From NCBI GenBank assembly GCA_944350015.1, contig CALVNW010000004.1, forward strand, positions 8,750 to 72,749: a stretch of 64,000 nt of DNA, given 5' to 3'. The DNA is from an uncultured Clostridia bacterium (GTDB lineage Bacteria; Bacillota; Clostridia; Christensenellales; UBA1242). The notes below the pieces were generated by a model. The model saw only the letters and a list, made by a program, of their open reading frames with translations, searched no databases and was not told where the DNA came from. The stretch's first letter is position 1. Each line of letters begins with the position of its first letter. Positions 18,140-26,018 of this stretch are shown here, piece after piece. Made by a program: the position numbers and the translations under genes.

Positions 18140-18925
18140 TTATTTATCAATATAAAACAGCTTTGTCATAACTTTTAGTACCAACGATTTTGGGAAGAAT
18201 TTTTGCACTTGGTACAAAAATTTGTTTCTTGCGCCCATCACATATTGTGGTTTTAATTTCTTTTTGTCAATGATTTTTGTCATTATCTTGACAGCTTTTT
18301 CAACGCTCATACGTTTGTCCTCACGGCTGTCAATGCGCTCGGCAGAAAGCCTTATGGCGTCCTTATAACGCTCATTTGTTTGATAGTCCTTTTGCCTATT
18401 CTTGGTAAAATTGGTCTTTATATCACAAGGGCAGATGGCAGTTGACTGAATTTTGGTCTTGCATAGCTCCATTCGCAGACAGTCACTAAGCATACTAACG
18501 GCGGACTTGCTTGAGCAGTAGTAAGCTCTAAATGGTAGAGGAAATAGTGCGCACGCCGAAGATATATTGATAATCTTTGCCTTCTCGCTCATAATAGGCA
18601 GGGCAAGCTGAATGGCATAAACGGTGCCAAGAACGTTGACATCGTACTCCTTTTGAATTTGATTTTCAGGGATAAGTTCAATTGCGCCAGAAAGCCCAAA
18701 ACCCGCACAGTTGACAAGAATGTCAATGTGACTATATTTGTTTGCAATATCGCTAAAAATCTCTTTTAACGCGCCCTTGTCCGACACATCGCAGTTATAG
18801 TCATCATCAGTAAGACTTATTCCAATTACTGTGTCGCCTTTCTTTTCATAGTGTTCTCTTAAGGCCTTTCCGATACCACTAGAAGAGCCAGTTATCAAAA
18901 TATTTAATTTTTCGTGTTTTTTCAT
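18140..18925 (-). CDS. short-chain dehydrogenase/reductase (SDR) family oxidoreductase
   Basis: TGSSSGIGKA cofactor motif and YCSSK (YxxxK) catalytic motif. Confidence 0.85.
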   Translation of the reverse strand: MKKHEKLNILITGSSSGIGKALREHYEKKGDTVIGISLTDDDYNCDVSDKGALKEIFSDIANKYSHIDILVNCAGFGLSGAIELIPENQIQKEYDVNVLGTVYAIQLALPIMSEKAKIINISSACALFPLPFRAYYCSSKSAVSMLSDCLRMELCKTKIQSTAICPCDIKTNFTKNRQKDYQTNERYKDAIRLSAERIDSREDKRMSVEKAVKIMTKIIDKKKLKPQYVMGARNKFLYQVQKFFPKSLVLKVMTKLFYIDK

Positions 18926-19044
18926 AGATGCTCCTTAACATAATAATTCTATTTAAGTATATAATAAAATTAGAAATAATCAAAATAATTTGACTTAATT
19001 TTTTGATAGTGCTAAAATATGTTTAATTTTTAATAAGGAGAAAT

Positions 19045-19521
19045 ATGAATTCCACAAAAAAATGGCTAATAATCACGGCAATACTTTTCAATTTTGTCTC
19101 GATTGGTGTAAATATTTATTATATTGTCAATTGGTTTAAGTATAAGGCTAGCTCGGTATTTTATTTAATTTGGTATTTTATCACAATAGCCTGTTGCATC
19201 GCGGTTATAGTGCTTTTGTCGATGGCTATTTGGAGAAACGGCAAACTCTTCCGCTCGCGCTACGGCTATTATATGACGGCGCTAGTCATATCGATAATTG
19301 TTAACTTGCTTTCTGTTTCAAGCGTGCTACTTATCATCTCAATGTTTGTATCAGACTGGGTATGGATAACACCTAAAAAGGATGACAGCAAAGTCGAAAT
19401 TGACGAAAAGACCGTCGTCATCAAGAATAAAGAGGAGGAGATAGCCCGCCTTAGAAAACTAAAAGATGAAGGCAAGATAAGCGAAGAGGAGTTCCAAGAG
19501 CGCTTAATGAAACTATTGTAA
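19045..19521 (+). CDS. multi-TM protein with a C-terminal SHOCT domain
   Basis: Four hydrophobic segments, then EEIARLRKLKDEGKISEEEFQERLMKLL (SHOCT-like). Confidence 0.6.
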   Translation: MNSTKKWLIITAILFNFVSIGVNIYYIVNWFKYKASSVFYLIWYFITIACCIAVIVLLSMAIWRNGKLFRSRYGYYMTALVISIIVNLLSVSSVLLIISMFVSDWVWITPKKDDSKVEIDEKTVVIKNKEEEIARLRKLKDEGKISEEEFQERLMKLL

Positions 19522-19628
19522 TAATTTCAAACTTTTAAATAAGTTATTATAATGTTTTTATAGACTTGAGAAAATTATGATTTTTTGATTTAATATATCA
19601 TAAACAAATTAAATTATAATAATTTATC

Positions 19629-19715
19629 AAAAAATAAACTAAATTAATTTGATTTTTAAAAAATAAACTAAATTAATTTGATTTTTAAAAAATAAACTAA
19701 ATTATTTTAATTTAT
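19629..19715. repeat. tandem 29 nt AT-rich repeat (about 2.6 copies) within a larger repeat-rich spacer (19560-19920)
   Basis: AAAAAATAAACTAAATTAATTTGATTTTT x2 plus a partial copy. The core TAAACTAAATTA recurs at about 19793 and as TAGACTAAATTA at about 19774. AAATTATTATTAATTTATCAAAAAA recurs twice. Confidence 0.75.
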
Positions 19716-19922
19716 AGCAAAATTATTATTAATTTATCAAAAAAATAATTAAATTGCTAAATTTTATCGAAAAATAGACTAAATTATTATAAAATAAACT
19801 AAATTAATTTATTTTATAACCAAATTATTATTAATTTATCAAAAAATAATAAAATTACAATAATTTTACTAAAAATTATTGTAAAAAATATCTAAATTAT
19901 CTCAATAATTAAAGAAAGCACC

Positions 19923-20375
19923 TTAAACGCTCGGAAGGTGCTTTCTTTTACTTTTGAAAAAGTCGGTTAGTAGCCTTTGACATTCTTTGTTTTCAATAAA
20001 TTCTATTTGCGTCTTGTGATTTAAGCGATTGCTTTGCAGAATTTGCCTAAAAAGGTCATCCTCACTTGTTGTCTGACGGCAACAATAATATACCTTTCTT
20101 ATTCTAGCATTGACGATTGCGCCAGCGCACATAGGACAAGGTTCAAGGGTAACAAAAATATCACACCCGTCAAGTCTCCACGATTTAAGCTTTTTGCAAG
20201 CTTTATTTATTGCCTCAATCTCGGCGTGTCTTAAGGCGTTCTGGCTTTTTTCTCTTCTGTTATGACCTTTTGCAATCACCTTGCCATCTTTAACGATAAC
20301 CGCACCTATTGGCACCTCGTCTTTTTTGAGCGCCTTTCGCGCCTCAGATAACGCCATCTCAATAAATTCATCCAT
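19923..20375 (-). CDS. tadA: tRNA-specific adenosine deaminase
   Basis: HAEIEAI and PCPMCAGA zinc-binding motifs. 150 aa. Confidence 0.9.
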   Translation of the reverse strand: MDEFIEMALSEARKALKKDEVPIGAVIVKDGKVIAKGHNRREKSQNALRHAEIEAINKACKKLKSWRLDGCDIFVTLEPCPMCAGAIVNARIRKVYYCCRQTTSEDDLFRQILQSNRLNHKTQIEFIENKECQRLLTDFFKSKRKHLPSV

Positions 20376-20439
20376 ATTGTAAGTTTAATAAAATTTAAAC
20401 TTAAAGTAAAGCACTTTTGTTGTTTTTTCTTTATTTTTA

Positions 20440-21429
20440 TTGTATAATGGTTCAATGGAAAACAAAGAAGTATTTGCAAGACGCAATTTTTATAACGATG
20501 GTGACAGTGGTAAGGTCTATCTTTTTGCACTCATTTTACCAATCCTGCTTGCCATTGTTTCGGTGATGATATCAAATGTCATTGAGGGCGCAACAGGAAG
20601 CGAAAGTTTCACTGATGGAATTTTGTATAACACAATTATGCAAGTTGTCAGCAGTATCGCTCTTGTATGTATATATTTAGTATATAATAAATGTAACAAT
20701 ATTGAATATAAGGCAATCAATTTAAAGTTCAAAATGAAGTGGCACACATATTTGCTAGTTATTGGCATTGGCGTTGTGTCACTGTTTGGCTTGCAATATT
20801 TTATAGGCGCAGTCGACAACTTTTTAGAGCTTTTGGGCTATCCATTGCAGGTTCCATCTCCAGATTTGCCAGAAAGTTTGACAAATCCGAAAAGTTATGG
20901 TATATTTAGCCTTGCTGTCATTGTTGTTGCACTTTTGCCAGCCATCTGCGAGGAAGTTTTGTTTAGAGGGGTGGTTTTAAACGGACTGCGTACTCGCTTT
21001 GGTGATATAGCGTCAATCTTTTTGTCAGCGCTTATGTTTGCGCTAATGCACCAGAACTTGCAACAACTTGTCTATCCATTCTTGCTTGGCTCGGTTATGG
21101 GCTGGATAGTTTTGAGGACAGGTTCAATCGCCTCTTCTATAATTGTCCACTTTTGCAACAACTTCTTGACGATATTGTTTACATACTTAAGTAATATCTC
21201 AAGTTTTTCACTTAGCCTTCCAAATGTGTGGTGGTTTTACTTGGTGGCGATAGCACTTCTTGCGCTCACTGCGGGCATTATTTATCTTATTGATAGGTTT
21301 TATTTTAAGCACAAAAGTAAAGAGGAGACTGTAAAGACCTCGACCAAAACCTCGAAGTATATCTACATCTCACTTGCGGTGGCGGGTGTAATGTTCCTCT
21401 TTATTACAGTATTTAACTTTATGTCTTAG
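20440..21429 (+). CDS. CPBP family intramembrane glutamic endopeptidase (CAAX protease / Abi family)
   Basis: EEVLFRG, FALMH and HFCNN motifs. Polytopic. The true start may be the second ATG (MENKEV, 20455). Confidence 0.8.
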   Translation: MYNGSMENKEVFARRNFYNDGDSGKVYLFALILPILLAIVSVMISNVIEGATGSESFTDGILYNTIMQVVSSIALVCIYLVYNKCNNIEYKAINLKFKMKWHTYLLVIGIGVVSLFGLQYFIGAVDNFLELLGYPLQVPSPDLPESLTNPKSYGIFSLAVIVVALLPAICEEVLFRGVVLNGLRTRFGDIASIFLSALMFALMHQNLQQLVYPFLLGSVMGWIVLRTGSIASSIIVHFCNNFLTILFTYLSNISSFSLSLPNVWWFYLVAIALLALTAGIIYLIDRFYFKHKSKEETVKTSTKTSKYIYISLAVAGVMFLFITVFNFMS

Positions 21430-21626
21430 CGAAAAGGTGACTTTTGTAATTTACTATTTTTTTTGAATATCTGTTCGACATTTTTATCTAAAATATGACA
21501 CAAAAACCTATAAAATTATTTTTAAAATCATCATTTTTAATAAACAAATAATAAATTACCCCTTTACAGCGTAAAAATAATGTATTAATATATAGTTAGA
21601 AAAAAGGACACAAATAGGTCGGTATA

Positions 21627-22799
21627 ATGTATAGAGATTTTAAAAACAAAACAACAACAAATTCATTAATATCATATTCAATTATAGTACTCATTTTTGT
21701 TACTATAAGAATTTTGTCATCTGACTTGGTCGGAGTTTTTGACTTTTTGGGTACGGTGGGAAGCTATATCTTAAACGCCTTTGTTCAGATTGGTATCCTT
21801 TTTACAATTTCGGTGTTTGTATTTAAGGGCTTGCAAAAAGCGAGGTTCAGCCAAGTTTTTAAGTTCTATGGCTTTAGGAAGATGTCTTGGAAGGGTGTGT
21901 TATATAGCTTTTTACTTGGAATTATAGTATATATCATAAACGTCTTTGTAGTGATGGTTTTCAGTAACATTTTGGTGCTATTTGGCTACAACTATCAAAG
22001 CGGAACGTCAAGCGGAAGTTACCCATTTTGGCTGTTTTTAATCAATATTGTTACCACGGCAGTTTTGCCAGCAATCTGTGAAGAGACGGCGCATAGAGGG
22101 ATGCTCTTGCACGGACTGTCAAGCTACGGCACAACAAAAGCCATCATTTTTTCTTCGATATTGTTCGGGCTTATGCATATGAATATAGAACAGTTCTTCT
22201 ATACCACAGCTATAGGCTTCGCACTTGGCTATCTTACAACCTTCTGTGATACAATATATCCTGCAATAATTATCCACTTTACAAATAACGCGCTTTCAAC
22301 CTTTATGAGCTTTTCACGTGCAAACGGGCTTGGCTTTGATGGTATGTTTACTTGGATTGACTATAATCTTCAAAACAATGCTGTTGTTGCCTTTGTATTT
22401 ATAATTTTACTTCTTGCACTTCTTATAATCTTAGCAGTAATGCTAGTAAAAGCACTGCTAAAGGAATCCATCTTGCGCAAAGTCAACGATATGCAAGAGC
22501 AGATTATGGAAAAGGTGGCAAGACAGAACTTTTATAAAGAAGTTGAAAACTTAAGCAAAGAAAATAGCAGTTTAGAAGAGGAGAACCCTATCTCAAACGG
22601 GGAAGAACTTAACCTAGAACAAATCATCAGTGAGGTGGCGATTAAAACCGACAACTCTGATGAGATAACTGATAATATGCAAAGGGAGCCTACAGAGTAT
22701 AAGCCTAACACGCTTACAAAAGTGCTACTCATATGCTGTTTTGTGCTGATGGGACTTGTCACGCTTGCAACATTTTTCATAGGTGTTCTATGCAGATAA
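21627..22799 (+). CDS. CPBP family intramembrane glutamic endopeptidase with a C-terminal extension
   Basis: EETAHRG, FGLMHMN and HFTNN motifs. It carries an extra charged region plus a terminal TM segment. Confidence 0.8.
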   Translation: MYRDFKNKTTTNSLISYSIIVLIFVTIRILSSDLVGVFDFLGTVGSYILNAFVQIGILFTISVFVFKGLQKARFSQVFKFYGFRKMSWKGVLYSFLLGIIVYIINVFVVMVFSNILVLFGYNYQSGTSSGSYPFWLFLINIVTTAVLPAICEETAHRGMLLHGLSSYGTTKAIIFSSILFGLMHMNIEQFFYTTAIGFALGYLTTFCDTIYPAIIIHFTNNALSTFMSFSRANGLGFDGMFTWIDYNLQNNAVVAFVFIILLLALLIILAVMLVKALLKESILRKVNDMQEQIMEKVARQNFYKEVENLSKENSSLEEENPISNGEELNLEQIISEVAIKTDNSDEITDNMQREPTEYKPNTLTKVLLICCFVLMGLVTLATFFIGVLCR

Positions 22800-23245
22800 G
22801 ACTTGTATGTGTTGGCAATTTAAAAGAAAAATTTTGGCAGAGTGCAATTGAGGAATACAAAAAGAGATTGCAAAAATTTTGTAACCTTCAGATAATTGAG
22901 CTTGACGAGCAGAACAAATATCAAGACGTAAACAAAATTCTAAGCGAAGAGGGCAAAAGTATAATAGCAAATCTTGGCGGGTACAATATTTTGCTAGATA
23001 TTGAAGGTAAACTTTGCTCAAGCGAGGAGCTTGCAAATAAAATTAAACAAACTTTGCTCACCTCTAGCACTATAACCTTTATAATAGGCGGGTCATATGG
23101 CGTCAGTGATGAGGTCAAAAAGAGTGTGCAAGAGCGAATTTCTTTTGGAAAGATAACGATGCCACATAACTTGGCACGAGTGGTCGCGCTTGAGCAAATT
23201 TACAGGGCGTTTATGATAAATAGCGGTGCTAAATACCATAAATAG
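22790..23245 (+). CDS. rlmH: 23S rRNA (pseudouridine1915-N3)-methyltransferase RlmH
   Basis: MQIRLVCVGNLKEKFWQSAIEEYKKRL...IIGGSYGVS...LARVVALEQIYRAF. The start is taken at the internal ATG 22790; the ORF track begins at 22733. It overlaps the upstream stop by 10 nt. Confidence 0.85.
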   Translation: MQIRLVCVGNLKEKFWQSAIEEYKKRLQKFCNLQIIELDEQNKYQDVNKILSEEGKSIIANLGGYNILLDIEGKLCSSEELANKIKQTLLTSSTITFIIGGSYGVSDEVKKSVQERISFGKITMPHNLARVVALEQIYRAFMINSGAKYHK

Positions 23246-23323
23246 TTTGACTAAAGTATAATTGATATGTATTTGTCAATGTATCTGTTGTTTTTATGTG
23301 ATAAATATGGAGTTTTTCGGGGC

Positions 23324-23426
23324 GGGCGAGAAAGTAAAATTTTAAACGCGTTTAAAATTTTGTTTTTGCAAAAACTATGGTTTTTGCAAAAACGCTCAAG
23401 CGTAAGCTTGAGCCACTTTCTCGCCC
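23324..23426 (+). repeat. four-way-junction palindromic element, copy C
   Basis: Outer stem GGGCGAGAAAGT / ACTTTCTCGCCC encloses three hairpins. They are AAAATTTTAAACG|CGTTTAAAATTTT, GTTTTTGCAAAAAC-TATG-GTTTTTGCAAAAAC and GCTCAAGC-GTAA-GCTTGAGC. Confidence 0.8.
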
Positions 23427-23520
23427 TCGCCAAATTCAAACTTCATATTTTTATTTTAAATAGGACTTAACAAGTCTTAAACATAAAACAAGAGCTTTAG
23501 TTATAGGAAAGTATTGAATT

Positions 23521-23604
23521 TTACATCAAATTAAAAAACAGCATTGAAAAGAGACATCCAAAGAGGATGGTTAGTATTGTCAAAATTGCCAAATTTTTAT
23601 ACAT
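23521..23604 (-). CDS. 27 aa hydrophobic small protein (candidate; below the ORF-track cutoff)
   Basis: The reverse complement reads GAGGTGataaaATG TAT AAA ... TAA, giving MYKNLAILTILTILFGCLFSMLFFNLM. The RBS is strong, with 5 nt spacing. Confidence 0.4.
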   Translation of the reverse strand: MYKNLAILTILTILFGCLFSMLFFNLM

Positions 23605-23690
23605 TTTATCACCTCAACAGAAAAACTTGCATATATTATTGACTATGTGATGTAAAAATTTTATTGTCATAAAATTTTTTAAATTCTAAC

Positions 23691-23769
23691 GAATTTGTAT
23701 GCTTGCGCATACCCATCACATAGTATGAAAACCCCTCAGCCTCACCCTTGCAAGCAAGTTCGGCTTCCG
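23691..23769 (-). repeat. shared 3'-flank module (terminator-like), copy 1
   Basis: The reverse complement starts CGGAAGCCGAACTTGCTTGCAAGGGTGAGGCTGAG. Those 35 nt are identical to 48652-48686. The module contains a CTTG-CTTG-CAAG hairpin inside an AGCC/GGCT stem, then a U run and a second hairpin GTATGC-GCAA-GCATAC. Confidence 0.7.
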
Positions 23770-23779
23770 ACAATATTCA

Positions 23780-24187
23780 CTAAAGGTCATTATCTCGCTC
23801 GTCAAAATGTTCGTTAAACAGTCCGCGCCGTTTTGGCTCATAGTCCTCATCGTAATCATCGTAAGAGGGACGCCTATTCTCTTGCGAGGGTAGCTCCTTA
23901 CTTGCCTCAACGTTTGACCTCGAAGGCTCTTTATTTAAAACTTTATTGACATTTTTTTGCAAATCTTTTTTGTTTCTATAAGAAAAAACCGCGATAGTGC
24001 CTTTGCCTTTTATAAGTTTATACACTAAAAATAGGCTTGAAAGACCCACTATTATATAGACAATTCTTGACAAGATGCTTGACTGAAAGCCAAAAATGCC
24101 TGCCACAAAGTCATATTGCAAAAGCCCAATAAGAAGCCAGTTGACAGAACCGAGTAGGGTTAAAATAAACGATAAAATGGTAAACAT
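23780..24187 (-). CDS. DUF378-family small membrane protein with a charged C-terminal tail
   Basis: MFTILSFILTLLGSVNWLLIGLLQYDFVAGIFG...RIVYIIVGLSSL is a typical DUF378 core. The start is set at 24187 by RBS GGAGGtaatttgtATG. Confidence 0.65.
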   Translation of the reverse strand: MFTILSFILTLLGSVNWLLIGLLQYDFVAGIFGFQSSILSRIVYIIVGLSSLFLVYKLIKGKGTIAVFSYRNKKDLQKNVNKVLNKEPSRSNVEASKELPSQENRRPSYDDYDEDYEPKRRGLFNEHFDERDNDL

Positions 24188-24251
24188 ACAAATTACCTCC
24201 AAAAATATTTTTTGCAAATTAACAAAAAAAATTCTAAAGAGGCAAAAAAAC

Positions 24252-24280
24252 TTGACATAAAAATTAAAATTTTGTATAAT
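24252..24280 (+). promoter_or_regulatory. consensus sigma-A promoter upstream of greA
   Basis: Perfect TTGACA, a 17 nt spacer, then perfect TATAAT. Confidence 0.7.
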
Positions 24281-24313
24281 CTATCTTCGAAAACTGATAA
24301 AGGAGTGACAAAT

Positions 24314-24778
24314 ATGGTACATTTTTTAACATTAGAGGGTAAAAAACAACTTGAAGAAAAACTCAATTACTATAAGACTGTAAGAAGAGTTGAAGTTAGT
24401 AAGAAAATAGGAATTGCAAGAGAATTTGGCGATTTATCAGAAAATTCTGAGTATGACGCAGCAAAAGAAGAACAAGCTCAGATTGAAGCTGAAATTCGCG
24501 AAATGGAAGATATACTTTTGACTTGCCAGATAATAAGCAAGCAAGAAGGCGCATCAGATACAGTACAAATTGGCTCTACTGTAGAACTTTATGACGAGGA
24601 ATTTGACGAAGAGCTTAAGTATAAAATTCTTGGCTCAACAGAAAGCGACCCATCAAAGGGTGTTATATCAAACATATCGCCGGTTGGTTCGGCACTTCTC
24701 GGCAAGAAAAAGGGTGACACAATCAAGGTTAAAACCGAGGGCGGAGAAATCGCCTATAAGATTTTGTCAATAAATTAA
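24314..24778 (+). CDS. greA: transcription elongation factor GreA
   Basis: MVHFLTLEGKKQLEEKLNYYK...REFGDLSENSEYDAAKEEQ...ISNISPVGSALLGKKKGD. RBS AAAGGAG. The upstream part of the ORF in the track overlaps the promoter. Confidence 0.9.
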   Translation: MVHFLTLEGKKQLEEKLNYYKTVRRVEVSKKIGIAREFGDLSENSEYDAAKEEQAQIEAEIREMEDILLTCQIISKQEGASDTVQIGSTVELYDEEFDEELKYKILGSTESDPSKGVISNISPVGSALLGKKKGDTIKVKTEGGEIAYKILSIN

Positions 24779-24806
24779 TTTTTTAACTAAAAACTAGATA
24801 ATTAAT

Positions 24807-24836
24807 AGGGGAAAGGCAATTTTCCTCTATTTTTTG
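24807..24836 (+). terminator. greA terminator-like hairpin
   Basis: AGGGGAAA-ggcaa-TTTCCTCT (one G-U pair) followed by a T run. Confidence 0.55.
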
Positions 24837-24919
24837 TGCAATATTATATCATTTTTCCTTGCAAATTGAATACTTTTATTGTATAATAATAAAAGGATAA
24901 AGTTTGGAATTAAAGATAT

Positions 24920-25843
24920 ATGATGTTTAAAAACTCGGTAAAACTTTTGTGCGCTAATTTTGACAAAGTATGGAAACTTCTTGTTTACCATATTTTATCT
25001 ATTGGCTTGTGTATCGGGCTAATCTGTGTCTTTTATAACTATTATATTGACGCAGGCACTATTGCGCTAAACGAGTCGAGTTTAAAAACCTTCACTTTAA
25101 CAGGAACATTTTATGGCTCAACTCTTGCAGACGGGCTTACAGCTGTAGCAGACTTTGTGATAATATTTTTTAGAGAGATATTTTCAAATGTAGGCATTGG
25201 TATCTATTTTGTCATAATTGCATTTATACTTCTTCCTCTTCTATTAAATGTAGGCAAAATAGTGACTTGCGAGATGATGTACGGCTATATGTCCTCTTGC
25301 CAGAAACAAAGCTTTACAGGCATCTATCTAAAGATGCTCCGTTCGTCATTTAGTTACGCTATTGTAAAGGTGTTTTATTCAATGCCGTTTAACGCATTGA
25401 TTGTGCTAAGTATGTGGGCATTGACACGAGTTGACAATGAAATTTTTGACTATATAATGCCATTCGCATTTGTAATAGTTCCGGCTTTATTTATGGCTTT
25501 TAAAGAAACTTTCAATGCTGGCTGGGCTCCAGCAAAAGTTGTATACAATCAAAATGTTTTCAAATCCTTTAATATTGGGATGAGGGCGGTACTCCGCCGT
25601 GGTGCAAGGGTGTTTTCAACTTCCTTTGTTATCTTTTTGCTTGCAATAGTACTATCAATGGTGATAGGTGTTTATGCAATCATCATCATTTTGCCTTTGA
25701 TATCACCACTAATACACATATTTGAAATGGTTATGTTCTTCTCAAGCCAAGGTATGAGATTTTACGTCGATAATGACACAATTCTCTCTCCAAAAAGACT
25801 TGAAGAAGTTGATAGAATTGAGGACGCAAAATTTATTTTATAA
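24920..25843 (+). CDS. polytopic membrane protein, function unknown
   Basis: 307 aa with about 6 hydrophobic segments. No motif recognised. Confidence 0.5.
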   Translation: MMFKNSVKLLCANFDKVWKLLVYHILSIGLCIGLICVFYNYYIDAGTIALNESSLKTFTLTGTFYGSTLADGLTAVADFVIIFFREIFSNVGIGIYFVIIAFILLPLLLNVGKIVTCEMMYGYMSSCQKQSFTGIYLKMLRSSFSYAIVKVFYSMPFNALIVLSMWALTRVDNEIFDYIMPFAFVIVPALFMAFKETFNAGWAPAKVVYNQNVFKSFNIGMRAVLRRGARVFSTSFVIFLLAIVLSMVIGVYAIIIILPLISPLIHIFEMVMFFSSQGMRFYVDNDTILSPKRLEEVDRIEDAKFIL

Positions 25844-26018
25844 TAAAATATTGATGTCTGACCATCATATTTAGATAAATTTAATCGTGAGTTTACAAAA
25901 GATTTATGGTGAACTCTACTATTTGTTTGTAAAAAATTTTGATTGTAAAAAGCTGTAAAAATTATTAGCAATTGGCAGACCTGTCAAATTTATTAGTATT
26001 TATAAAAGGAGAATAAAA

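Noticed and set aside
19629-19715. The regular 29 nt repeats might suggest a CRISPR array.
   Set aside because: The units are directly abutting with no unique spacers, are extremely AT-rich, number only about 2.6 copies, and no cas genes are in the window.
20440-22799. The tandem CPBP/Abi-family proteases as an abortive-infection system.
   Set aside because: The family name Abi is historical. Paired CPBP paralogues are common housekeeping or immunity-type membrane proteases in Firmicutes, and nothing in the neighbourhood (tadA, rlmH) suggests a defence context.
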